Notes under the pieces: model-generated
What the model saw: only the letters and a program-made list of their open reading frames with translations
Told to the model about the DNA's origin: nothing
The model's database searches: none
In this document: piece by piece, positions 1 through 7,382 of the stretch
Layout: every line of letters starts with the position of its first letter
Numbering within the stretch: the stretch's first letter is position 1
From: Myxococcota bacterium
GTDB taxonomy: Bacteria > Myxococcota_A > Polyangia > Nannocystales > Nannocystaceae
Reading direction: 5' to 3'
DNA length: 32,000 nucleotides
Assembly: GCA_039194325.1 (NCBI GenBank)
Contig: JBCCWC010000035.1
Span: 1-32,000 of the forward strand
Made by a program: the position numbers and the translations under genes

Positions 1-345
1 GTCGCCAAGAGCGACGCCCAGTTCGAGCAACTCGCCGCGGAGGATCCGATCATGAAGTTGGCCAAGCAGACCCTCGAAGATCTGTCGCAAGACCCTGAGG
101 CTCGTCGTGAGGCCTGGGAGCGGGAGGAGGCGCTCGCGCTATACAATAATAGCCTCGCGGCCAGCAAGGCCGAGGGAGTGCTCGAGGGAATGGCCAAGAC
201 GCTGGCCAACCTGCTCGGTCTGCGCTTTGGTCGTCTTCCCGACCGGGTGCGGGTGCGGCTCGAGACAGCCACCGTCGAGCAGCTGGGTGTGTGGACCCAG
301 CGCGTACTGACGGCCAAGACGCCCGATGAGGTGTTCGCGTCATAG
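1..345 (+). CDS. 3' end of a DUF4351-domain protein (C-terminal domain typical of Rpn-family PD-(D/E)XK recombination-promoting nuclease / putative transposase); 5' end is outside the window
   Basis: Frame 1 is open from base 1 (VAKSDAQFEQLAAEDPIMKL...) to TAG at 343-345. The tail AEGVLEGMAKTLANLLGLRFGRLPDRVRVRLETATVEQLGVWTQRVLTAKTPDEVF fits the DUF4351 pattern as I remember it. Third codon positions are GC-rich. Confidence 0.55.
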   Translation, partial: VAKSDAQFEQLAAEDPIMKLAKQTLEDLSQDPEARREAWEREEALALYNNSLAASKAEGVLEGMAKTLANLLGLRFGRLPDRVRVRLETATVEQLGVWTQRVLTAKTPDEVFAS

Positions 346-416
346 CCCGAAGACACGGTGCCGCTCTCGCCGTTTGCCGAAGCAGGTCGGTCGACCCGTG
401 CACCGGCCAGGACAGT

Positions 417-1262
417 TCATCCCTCGGGCGCGCGTCGATCCACCACGTAGACCAGCTCGGGGCCCACCTCGAAGCGGTCGGCCGACCACCCTCGCGCCGA
501 CAATAGCGCCTCGAAGCGGTCGGCATAGGTCCGCCCCATGCCCTTGGCTCGGCCGCCGAGCGATCGGGTCGGAAAGCTGACCACCAGCCGGGGCGCCGGG
601 ATGGAGCCGAGCAGGGCGTCACTGGCCCCCGCCTGCTGCTGCTCGAGGCACGGGAGGGTCTTGAGCACGAGGGCGACCTCGGTCGAGGGCCAGGGGGGAG
701 ACCCGAGTAGATCGACCACCGCCGCGTGGGGCCGGTGACCCAGCAGCTCCAGGCACGTGCCCACGAACTGCACCAGGGCACGGTCGATGTCCCACGCGTG
801 ATACTCGACGCCGGGATCCAGCCACCAAGGGCTGGCCAAGGGCTGGAGCCCGCACGCCACGTCGAGCACCGATCGAGGGGAACCCAGGCGCCCGACGAGG
901 GCCGCGGCGAGGGCCTCGAGGTAATCGAGGCGCTCTTTGGTGGAGGCGTGCTGGACCATCGCGCGGCGCAACACATCCCGCTGCGCGGCTGGGTCCGGCG
1001 CATCCCGCAGGGCCGCGAGCCACCGGTCATACCGCGGCGGCTGAGGCAGGTACGCGCCGAAGATCTGGTGGAGAGCCCGCTTGGTCGCCTTGATCGCGTC
1101 GACCGGCCGTCGGTGCTCGCCCCGGCTGAGGGTACGCTGCGCCAGCCGCCGCACGGTGGCCGGATGCACGCTGCGATAGCGTCGAGAGGCAAGCACGGCC
1201 TTCACCACGTCGTCGACCATCTCGTCCGCCGCCTCGTCCGCCGCCTCGCTAGGGCTCACCAT
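417..1262 (-). CDS. 16S rRNA (guanine1405-N7)-methyltransferase, FmrO family (Sgm/Kgm/Rmt/ArmA-like aminoglycoside-resistance type)
   Basis: Blocks SRRYRSVHPATVRRLA, KATKRALHQIFGAYLP, HASTKERL, LDVACGLQPLASPWW, AWDID, LVLKTLPCLEQQQAG, VVSFPTRSLGGRAKGM and ELVYVV are near-collinear with Sgm/Rmt-type methyltransferases as I recall them. The start is set at the ATG at 1262 (MVSPSEAADE...). The ORF is open up to 1394, and ATG 1220 is an alternative start. Confidence 0.85.
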   Translation of the reverse strand: MVSPSEAADEAADEMVDDVVKAVLASRRYRSVHPATVRRLAQRTLSRGEHRRPVDAIKATKRALHQIFGAYLPQPPRYDRWLAALRDAPDPAAQRDVLRRAMVQHASTKERLDYLEALAAALVGRLGSPRSVLDVACGLQPLASPWWLDPGVEYHAWDIDRALVQFVGTCLELLGHRPHAAVVDLLGSPPWPSTEVALVLKTLPCLEQQQAGASDALLGSIPAPRLVVSFPTRSLGGRAKGMGRTYADRFEALLSARGWSADRFEVGPELVYVVDRRAPEG

Positions 1263-1362
1263 TGCGCGCACACCATAGCCGAGCCCGATCCCTTTGCCCG
1301 CCCTGGACGGATCGCGCTCGGGCACCCAAGGCACCGCAAGGCTGCTAGCATCGCGGTCGGCC

Positions 1363-2991
1363 ATGCGCTGGAGCCGACGACGCGTGCTGGGCACCGCCGC
1401 CCCGGGGCTCGCCGGCCTGGCGGCGAGCTGCCGCCAGCCGCCGTCGGTCGAGCGCGCCTTCGTGGGTCAGGATCCCGAGCGAGGCCACCGGCTGCGCGAC
1501 GGGTCGATCACGGCCGCCCCGGTCTCCGAGCGGATCCGCTGCGACATCGTGGTGGTCGGCGGCGGAGCAGCGGGCATGGCCGCCGCCTGGCGGCTGGCCC
1601 GGGCCGGCTCGACCGACGTGCACGTGCTGGAGCTGGAACCGGAGCTGGGCGGGACCTCGCGCGGCGGCCAGACGCCACGATCGCGCTATCCGATGGGCGC
1701 GCACTACCTGCCCGCCCCCCACGCCGAGTTCGCGGCCCTGCACACGCTGCTCGACGATCTGGGCGTGGTCTTGCGGCGCCCAGCCGCCGGCCCGCCCGAG
1801 TACGACCCGCGCGTGATCTGCCGCGCACCGCTGGAGCGTCATCGCCACCGCGGCCGCTGGGACGAGGGCCTTTACCCCGCGGCGGGACAGACCGACCAAG
1901 AGCACACGCAATGGCAGCGCTGGCGCGACCACCTGCGAACGCTCGACGCGCGGCGCGGGGCAGACGGCCGGCGCTTGTTCGCCCTGCCGGTGGACAGCAG
2001 CAGCACCGAGCTCCGCCACCTGGATCGGATCACCATGGCCGCCTACCTCGACGGCCTGGGTCTGGACAGCTGGCGGCTGCGCTGGGCGGTGGACTACGCC
2101 TGCCGCGACGACTACGGCTGCACCCTGGCGCAGTGCTCGGCCTTCGCCGGTCTGCATCACTACCTCAGCCGCGGGCTCGAGGGCGTACACGAGCGCCTGC
2201 TGCTGGCCTGGCCGCAAGGCAACGCCTACCTGGTGGAGCGCATGGCCGAGGCGGCCGCGCTCGGGGATCGCCTGCACCGCGACACGGTGGCCGTTGCCGT
2301 CGATCCCGACGACGGCACGGTCCGGGCCTACGACATGGCGGCCGGGCGCAGCCGCGTGTGGCAGGCCCAGCAGATCCTGTGGGCCGCCCCGCGCTTCATC
2401 CTGCCGCGCGTGCTGCCCCCGGGCCGCGATCCCCTCCCGCCCGACACGCTGACCTACGCCCCCTGGTTGGTCGCCAACGTAGAGGTCGCCCGGCGCCCGG
2501 GAGGGATCGGGGCTCCGCTTTGCTGGGACAACGTGGCGGTAGGCACCGATCACCTGGGCTATGTGGTCGCCACCCACCTCGAAGATCTCCAGCAGCGCCG
2601 CACCCCGGGCAGCGTGCTGACGTTTTATGAGCCCTTCGTGGCCAACGACACCGAGGGCCTGCGAGCTCGACGCGCCGCGCTGCTGTCCGGCTCGCTCGAT
2701 CACTTCTGTGATCACGTGACCACGCAGCTCGAAGACATGCATCCTGGGATCGGCCCCCAGATCCGCCGGATCCACATCGCCCGATGGGGTCACGCGATGG
2801 TCCGCCCCACGCCCGATCACCTGTTTGGACCCGGCCGGGCGATCGCACGCCGCCCCGTGGGCCGGGTGCTGCCCTGCGCGGCCGACGTGGGCGGCTTGCC
2901 GCTGTTCGAAGAGGCGTTTGCCGGGGGCGTCGCGGCGGCTGAGGAGGCGCTGCGGCGGCTCGGCCGTTCCCCGCGGGAGGTCTTGGGATGA
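1363..2991 (+). CDS. TAT-signal FAD/NAD(P)-binding oxidoreductase (amine-oxidase / desaturase-like fold)
   Basis: N-terminus MRWSRRRVLGTAAPGLAGLAASC has a twin-arginine motif plus a hydrophobic core ending in Cys. A Rossmann dinucleotide motif DIVVVGGGAAGMAAAWRLARAG follows, then LE...LGG. The start is chosen at the ATG at 1363 inside the longer ORF 1294..2991. The gene is divergent from the methyltransferase. Confidence 0.8.
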   Translation: MRWSRRRVLGTAAPGLAGLAASCRQPPSVERAFVGQDPERGHRLRDGSITAAPVSERIRCDIVVVGGGAAGMAAAWRLARAGSTDVHVLELEPELGGTSRGGQTPRSRYPMGAHYLPAPHAEFAALHTLLDDLGVVLRRPAAGPPEYDPRVICRAPLERHRHRGRWDEGLYPAAGQTDQEHTQWQRWRDHLRTLDARRGADGRRLFALPVDSSSTELRHLDRITMAAYLDGLGLDSWRLRWAVDYACRDDYGCTLAQCSAFAGLHHYLSRGLEGVHERLLLAWPQGNAYLVERMAEAAALGDRLHRDTVAVAVDPDDGTVRAYDMAAGRSRVWQAQQILWAAPRFILPRVLPPGRDPLPPDTLTYAPWLVANVEVARRPGGIGAPLCWDNVAVGTDHLGYVVATHLEDLQQRRTPGSVLTFYEPFVANDTEGLRARRAALLSGSLDHFCDHVTTQLEDMHPGIGPQIRRIHIARWGHAMVRPTPDHLFGPGRAIARRPVGRVLPCAADVGGLPLFEEAFAGGVAAAEEALRRLGRSPREVLG

Positions 2992-4097
2992 ACGCCGCCG
3001 CGGCTCCGCGGACAATGGCGATCCTGGGCCGCCCCGGGTGGGACTTCGCGTGGTTTCTGGGCCCGGGCGTGCTGGCGGCGGTTGTCGCCCTGGCCCTGGG
3101 CCTGGGAGATCCGCGGCCGGCCTCCGCGGATACCGGCGTGGGCCTTTGGATCGTGGGGGTGCTGCTGGTCGACGTGGCGCACGTGTGGGCGTCGCTCTAC
3201 CGCACGTACCTCGACCCGGTCGCCCGGCAGCTCCATCGACGCCGCCTCATCGTCACGCCACTCTTATGCGCGTGGGTGGGGCTGATGCTGCACCTGGAAT
3301 CGCCGCGGCTATTTTGGGGCGTGCTGGCCTACGTGGCGATCTTCCACTTTATCAAGCAGCACGTCGGGTTCGCGCTGCTCTATGTGCGAGCCGGAGGCGA
3401 GAGCCGGTACGACCGTCGACTGGTGGAGGCGGCGGTGTGGGCGGGCACGGCCGGTCCGGTGCTGTGGTGGCACGCCCACCTACCGACCCGGTTCGTATGG
3501 TTCATGCCCGGCGATCTGGTCACCGGCCTGCCCGCATGGCTGGGCCCGGCGGCGCTGTGGGGCCAGGTGCCGGTGTGGCTGCTGTTCTTCGGCCGGCGGC
3601 TGCAGCTGGGGCGCCGCGGCCAGGGGCACCCCCTGGTGCCCTGGCTCGTGCTGGTGCCCGCGATCAACTGGCACCTGGGTATCGTGATCTTCGACGACGA
3701 CCGGATCTTCACGATCACCAACGTCTTCCTCCACGGCGTGCCCTACTTGGCGCTGGTTTGGGTCGCCGGCGGGCGCGAGCGTGTAGGGCGGGCCCTCGGG
3801 ATCCACGGGACCGGTCGTCTCGTCCCGCTCCTCGCCGCCTACTACGGCGTGTTGGTCGCCCTGGCGACAAGCGAGGAAGCGCTTTGGGATCGCCTGGTGT
3901 GGCACGATCACCCGGGCCTGTTCGGGGCCAGCGCGGTCGATCTGTCGACCCAGCCGGTCGTGATGGCCGTGGTAGTGGCCCTGCTGACGGTGCCGCAGGC
4001 GACCCACTACGTGCTCGACCGGTTCATCTGGCGGGTGGGACCGCAAAACCCCGCGCTGGCCGAGCAGTTGGGGCTTTACCCAAGGGCGGGATCATGA
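2988..4097 (+). CDS. Polytopic integral membrane protein of unknown function with conserved-looking His residues
   Basis: 369 aa with about 8-9 hydrophobic spans. His-containing blocks are DVAHVWASLYRTY, FHFIKQHVGF, WWHAHLP, FLHGVPYL and ATHYVLDRF. Its ATG (2988-2990) overlaps the upstream TGA (2989-2991) as ATGA. GGGAGG lies 7 nt upstream. Confidence 0.7.
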   Translation: MNAAAAPRTMAILGRPGWDFAWFLGPGVLAAVVALALGLGDPRPASADTGVGLWIVGVLLVDVAHVWASLYRTYLDPVARQLHRRRLIVTPLLCAWVGLMLHLESPRLFWGVLAYVAIFHFIKQHVGFALLYVRAGGESRYDRRLVEAAVWAGTAGPVLWWHAHLPTRFVWFMPGDLVTGLPAWLGPAALWGQVPVWLLFFGRRLQLGRRGQGHPLVPWLVLVPAINWHLGIVIFDDDRIFTITNVFLHGVPYLALVWVAGGRERVGRALGIHGTGRLVPLLAAYYGVLVALATSEEALWDRLVWHDHPGLFGASAVDLSTQPVVMAVVVALLTVPQATHYVLDRFIWRVGPQNPALAEQLGLYPRAGS

Positions 4098-5113
4098 GCG
4101 ACGATCCCCTGGCCCTGCCCGCTTCGCCCGCCCTGCCCCACTTGGCCCACTTGGCATCCGGCGGCGTGATGTTGCTGGATGGCGGCGTGGCCACGGAGCT
4201 AGAGGCTCGGGGATACGACCTCGATGATCCGCTGTGGTCGGCCCGCCTGCTGCTCGAGGATCCGGCGGCCATCACCGCCGTTCATGCCGACTACCTGCGC
4301 GCCGGCGCCGACGTGGCCACGGCCGCCACCTATCAGGCCAGCCTGCCGGGGCTACGCGCACGCGGCCTCAGCGACGAGCAGGCGCGCGCGGTGCTGGTCG
4401 ACGCGATCCTGCGAGCTCGCCAGGCCTGCCTGGATGCCGCACGAGCGCGAGCCCCGGGCTCCCCTCGCCCGGGCTCCCCTCGAGAGTGCCCTCGACCCCT
4501 GGCGATCGCCTCACTGGGTGCCTACGGGGCCTATCGAGCCGACGGATCGGAATACCGAGGCGACTATGGGGTCGACGATGCCACCCTGGTCGCCTTCCAT
4601 CGCGAGCGGGTGGAGGTGCTCGCCCCGCACGCCGATCTGCTGGCGTGCGAGACGATCCCGAGCCTTCAAGAAGCGCGCTGCCTGGCCCAGGTGCTCGCCG
4701 ACCAATCGTGTCCCGCCTGGGTGAGCTTTTGCTGCCTCGACGACGCCCACGTGGCCCACGGCGAGCCCATCGAGGACTGCGCGGCGGCCCTGGCCCCGGT
4801 GCCCTCGGTGGTCGCGGTGGGGATCAACTGCGTCGCACCGCAGCACGTAGAAGGCCTGCTGCTCCGGCTACGTGACGCCACCGGTCGCGTGCTGGTGGCC
4901 TACCCCAACGCGGGGGAGCGCTACGCGAACGGCCAGTGGTGCGGGCCGCGGAGCACCCCGGCGCAATTCGTATCGTGGGCGGATCGATGGGTGGCAGCCG
5001 GCGCACGGATCATCGGCGGCTGCTGCCGCACAACCCCCGCACACGTGGCCGCGCTCCACCGCTGGCGCACGGGCTCGTCGGATCCCAATGAGCCCAGGCC
5101 TAGCGAGGACTGA
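4094..5113 (+). CDS. mmuM: Homocysteine S-methyltransferase (MmuM/YagD-like, Pfam S-methyl_trans type)
   Basis: LLDGGVATELEARGYDLDDPLWSARLL, HADYLRAGADVATAATYQAS, LLACETIP, VGINCV and IIGGCCRTTPAHV (zinc-ligand Cys pattern) are present. Its ATG (4094-4096) overlaps the upstream TGA (4095-4097) as ATGA. This is the C-terminal part of track ORF 2825..5113. Confidence 0.85.
   Translation: MSDDPLALPASPALPHLAHLASGGVMLLDGGVATELEARGYDLDDPLWSARLLLEDPAAITAVHADYLRAGADVATAATYQASLPGLRARGLSDEQARAVLVDAILRARQACLDAARARAPGSPRPGSPRECPRPLAIASLGAYGAYRADGSEYRGDYGVDDATLVAFHRERVEVLAPHADLLACETIPSLQEARCLAQVLADQSCPAWVSFCCLDDAHVAHGEPIEDCAAALAPVPSVVAVGINCVAPQHVEGLLLRLRDATGRVLVAYPNAGERYANGQWCGPRSTPAQFVSWADRWVAAGARIIGGCCRTTPAHVAALHRWRTGSSDPNEPRPSED
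4453..4482. repeat. Perfect 15-bp tandem duplication (cccgggctcccctcg x2) in frame inside mmuM
   Basis: Read directly from the sequence. It encodes PGSPRPGSPR in a Pro/Arg-rich segment that looks like an insertion. Confidence 0.85.
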
Positions 5114-5146
5114 GCCAAGACCCGTATCCTCGAACTGTTCGCCGCC

Positions 5147-5944
5147 ATGGAGCAGCTCCAGCTCGCGCTTTTGGGGGCCGCCCCCGCCCTTGTCGCCATG
5201 GCGATCTTCGACCGCTTGGACCACAAGCGGCCCGAGCCCCTGCGGACCTTGCGACGGGTCACCCTGGCCGGCTCGATCTCCGCCCTGCCCGTGATCTTGG
5301 TGGGCGAGCTGCTCAAGCTGGTCGGCCCCACCCAAGGCTACGCCGGCGCGCTGTGGATGTCGTTCATGATCGCGGCCGTCCCCGAAGAGTCGGCCAAGCA
5401 GGGCAGCGTGTTCCTGATGGCCTGGCGTCGCCCGGAGTTCGACGAGCGCATGGACGGGATCGTCTACGGGGCACGAGCGGGGCTGGGCTTTGCCCTGGTG
5501 GAGAACGTGGCCTACCTGCTGCTATTGCCCCACAGCCTCGGCGAGTACATCACCGTCTACATCGGCCGCGCCGTGCTCGCCGTGCCCGGGCACGCGATCT
5601 GGGGGGGGATCGCCGGCTACTTCGCGGCCCGCCGGCGCTTCGACGGGCGGGGCCCGGGGTGGTCGGGGGGCCTGCTCATCGCGGTGCTCATGCACGGGGC
5701 CTACGATGCGTGGCTGTTTTGCGCCCCGGTGGCGATCGCCAACGGACATCACTGGCTGGCCACCACGGTCGGTGACTTGCCGGTGGTGATCTATCTGGTG
5801 CCCACGTTGATGATCCTGGGCAGCGCGGCCCTGCTGCGCGAGCTGGCCCGCCGGGCGATCGAGGACGACGACGCCGACGAAGCGGCGATGATCGGCCGCT
5901 GGGCGCATCCGCATCACTACCACCCACGACCGCCTCGGACGTGA
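5147..5944 (+). CDS. prsW: PrsW-family intramembrane glutamic/metallo-protease
   Basis: Motifs FDRLDHKRPEP, VPEESAKQ (EExxK), GLGFALVENVAY, PGHAIWGG and MHGAYDAW sit on a multi-TM scaffold. The gene starts only 33 nt downstream of mmuM. Confidence 0.8.
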   Translation: MEQLQLALLGAAPALVAMAIFDRLDHKRPEPLRTLRRVTLAGSISALPVILVGELLKLVGPTQGYAGALWMSFMIAAVPEESAKQGSVFLMAWRRPEFDERMDGIVYGARAGLGFALVENVAYLLLLPHSLGEYITVYIGRAVLAVPGHAIWGGIAGYFAARRRFDGRGPGWSGGLLIAVLMHGAYDAWLFCAPVAIANGHHWLATTVGDLPVVIYLVPTLMILGSAALLRELARRAIEDDDADEAAMIGRWAHPHHYHPRPPRT

Positions 5945-5968
5945 TCGAGCCGGTGGCTCGCACAGGAT

Positions 5969-6000
5969 CGCGAGCACCACCGCGAGCACCACCGCGAGCC
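5969..6000. repeat. 12-bp tandem repeat cgcgagcaccac x2.7 in the prsW 3' intergenic region
   Basis: Read directly from the sequence. The upstream segment cggtggctcgc (5951-5961) can pair with either repeat copy. A T6 run at 6010-6015 follows, so this may be a terminator region. Confidence 0.7.
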
Positions 6001-6058
6001 TGGGCCGGTTTTTTGGGCTCGATGCGGATCTGACTTACATCAGAGCACAGGAGCTCTC

Positions 6059-6619
6059 ATGAGCGTACAGACGCAGCGATGGATGCGACGGGAGCTGGAC
6101 CAGTTGCTGGCTCAGCGGGCTCGCTATGTACAGGCCGAGGCCGCGTCCCGAGACGTACACCAGAAGGTTCAGCACACGACGCAGCGCCTGCGTCTAGACG
6201 AAGAGATCCTCGGTCGCCGACAGGCCCTGCACGCCCTGGAGCGACAAGCGGTCGACGCCCGGGCCGAACGGCGCGACCGAGGCCTTGGGCGCCCCCGGCC
6301 AACGGTGAGCAACCCGGTGCTCCGCCCGGTGCTCCGCCCGGTGCTCCGCCCGGTGGCCTCGATGCCGTCCGGTGCCGTGGATCGCATGGTGCTACCGCTG
6401 GCCCTGGGCGTGTGCATCGCGACGTTCTGCCTGGGCTTCGTGCTCACCGGCAGTGCGCTCTCGTCCGACGACGACCGCTCGCGTGCGCCCGCCCCGACCA
6501 TGGTGAAGACGCCACGCTATCGGCGCCTGAATCCACCGGCTCCGACACCACCGGCGCCCGCTCAGCACGATCGGGTCATGGCCGCCAGCGCGCGACCGAC
6601 CGCGCCTTCTGCTCGCTGA
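6059..6619 (+). CDS. Single-pass membrane protein: helical/coiled-coil N-terminal domain, one TM segment, Pro-rich C-terminal tail
   Basis: AGGAG lies 6 nt upstream of the ATG. The N-terminal roughly 85 aa are charged and helical-looking (RRELDQLLAQRARYVQAEAASRD...). The TM segment is MVLPLALGVCIATFCLGFVLTG. An in-frame PVLR x3 repeat is present. The antisense ORFs over this span look non-protein-like. Confidence 0.55.
   Translation: MSVQTQRWMRRELDQLLAQRARYVQAEAASRDVHQKVQHTTQRLRLDEEILGRRQALHALERQAVDARAERRDRGLGRPRPTVSNPVLRPVLRPVLRPVASMPSGAVDRMVLPLALGVCIATFCLGFVLTGSALSSDDDRSRAPAPTMVKTPRYRRLNPPAPTPPAPAQHDRVMAASARPTAPSAR
6314..6355. repeat. 12-bp tandem repeat ccggtgctccgc x3.5, in frame (PVLRPVLRPVLRPV)
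   Basis: Read directly from the sequence. There are three perfect copies and a 6-bp partial copy. Confidence 0.9.
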
Positions 6620-6627
6620 GCGGGGAA

Positions 6628-7269
6628 TCAGCTCGACGACTCGTCGTCCTGCTGGCGCTGGGCCAGCTTCTCGCGTAGCGAGCGGGCCCAGTTTTCCACG
6701 TCGTCCGCGGTGGTCTCGCGCAGCGCGACCGGGAATTGCTCGGCCTCGAGGATCTGCTCGCGCACCAGCCGACGCGCTCGGTTCAGGCGGCTCTTGATCG
6801 TACCGGAGGGCACTCCACACACCTGGGCGATCTCGTCGATCTTCATCTCTTCCCAGTAGTGAAGCTCGACGGCGATCTGCAGGTCGATCGGGATCTTGCG
6901 CAAGGCGGTAAGCACGAGCTTTTGCTCGTCCCTGCCCGCCACCACCACCGAGGGCGAACCCAGCACGTCGGCGATCGAGGCTTCGAGCGCTTCGACCTTC
7001 TTGCCCTTGCGCGCGTACTTGCGCAGGTGCATCAGCAGCTGGGTTCGGGCGATCGCCAGCAGGTAGGTCTTGAAGCTCGAGTCCCCTCGGAAGCGATGAG
7101 CCCCCTCGGCACACGCGAGCATCGTCTGCTGGACCAGATCCTCGACGCCATGGCTGAGCTTGCTACGAAAGAACCGAAACAACGTACGAAAGTGGCGGCG
7201 AAGCAGCGCGGACCCGGCCGCGTTGTCCCCCGCTCGCCACGCCTCCAGCAGTTCCATGTCCTCGTTCAC
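6628..7269 (-). CDS. ECF-type RNA polymerase sigma-70 family factor with a short acidic C-terminal extension
   Basis: The region 2 match is LLRRHFRTLFRFFRSKL..VEDLVQQTMLACAE. The region 4 helix-turn-helix match is ELHYWEEMKIDEIAQVCGVPSGTIKSRLNRARRLV. The start at 7269 is GTG, and ATG at 7257 is an alternative. The gene lies 113 nt downstream of the kinase gene on the same strand. Confidence 0.9.
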   Translation of the reverse strand: MNEDMELLEAWRAGDNAAGSALLRRHFRTLFRFFRSKLSHGVEDLVQQTMLACAEGAHRFRGDSSFKTYLLAIARTQLLMHLRKYARKGKKVEALEASIADVLGSPSVVVAGRDEQKLVLTALRKIPIDLQIAVELHYWEEMKIDEIAQVCGVPSGTIKSRLNRARRLVREQILEAEQFPVALRETTADDVENWARSLREKLAQRQQDDESSS

Positions 7270-7382
7270 GTCGCGCGCGTCTTCCGTGAGCCCCGGTCAC
7301 CTCCGGGACCCCTACCGTATCACCACGCCTCCCTCGCTCGATCCTCCCCGTGATGATCCCGAGAACCGACCGAACCACTCGC

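Noticed and set aside
726-2630. Very long alternative-frame and antisense ORFs throughout the window. Examples are 50..1192(-), 726..2630(+), 1345..3015(-), 10161..11378(+), 11478..12710(+), 12727..15015(+), 18255..19529(+), 18646..19719(-), 21390..22295(-), 23334..24374(-) and 27391..28500(-).
   Set aside because: Their translations are Arg/Pro/Gly/Ala-rich low-complexity strings with no recognisable motifs. Each overlaps a frame that has clear family signatures and GC-rich third positions. Such shadow ORFs are expected in DNA this GC-rich because stop codons are rare.
6169-6501. A co-directional anti-sigma gene downstream of the ECF sigma on the minus strand (ORFs 6169..6501 and 6392..7114).
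   Set aside because: Both translations are Arg/Gly/Ser-rich with no TM segment or anti-sigma-domain character. The plus-strand ORF 6059..6619 has a good ribosome-binding site and a coherent domain layout.
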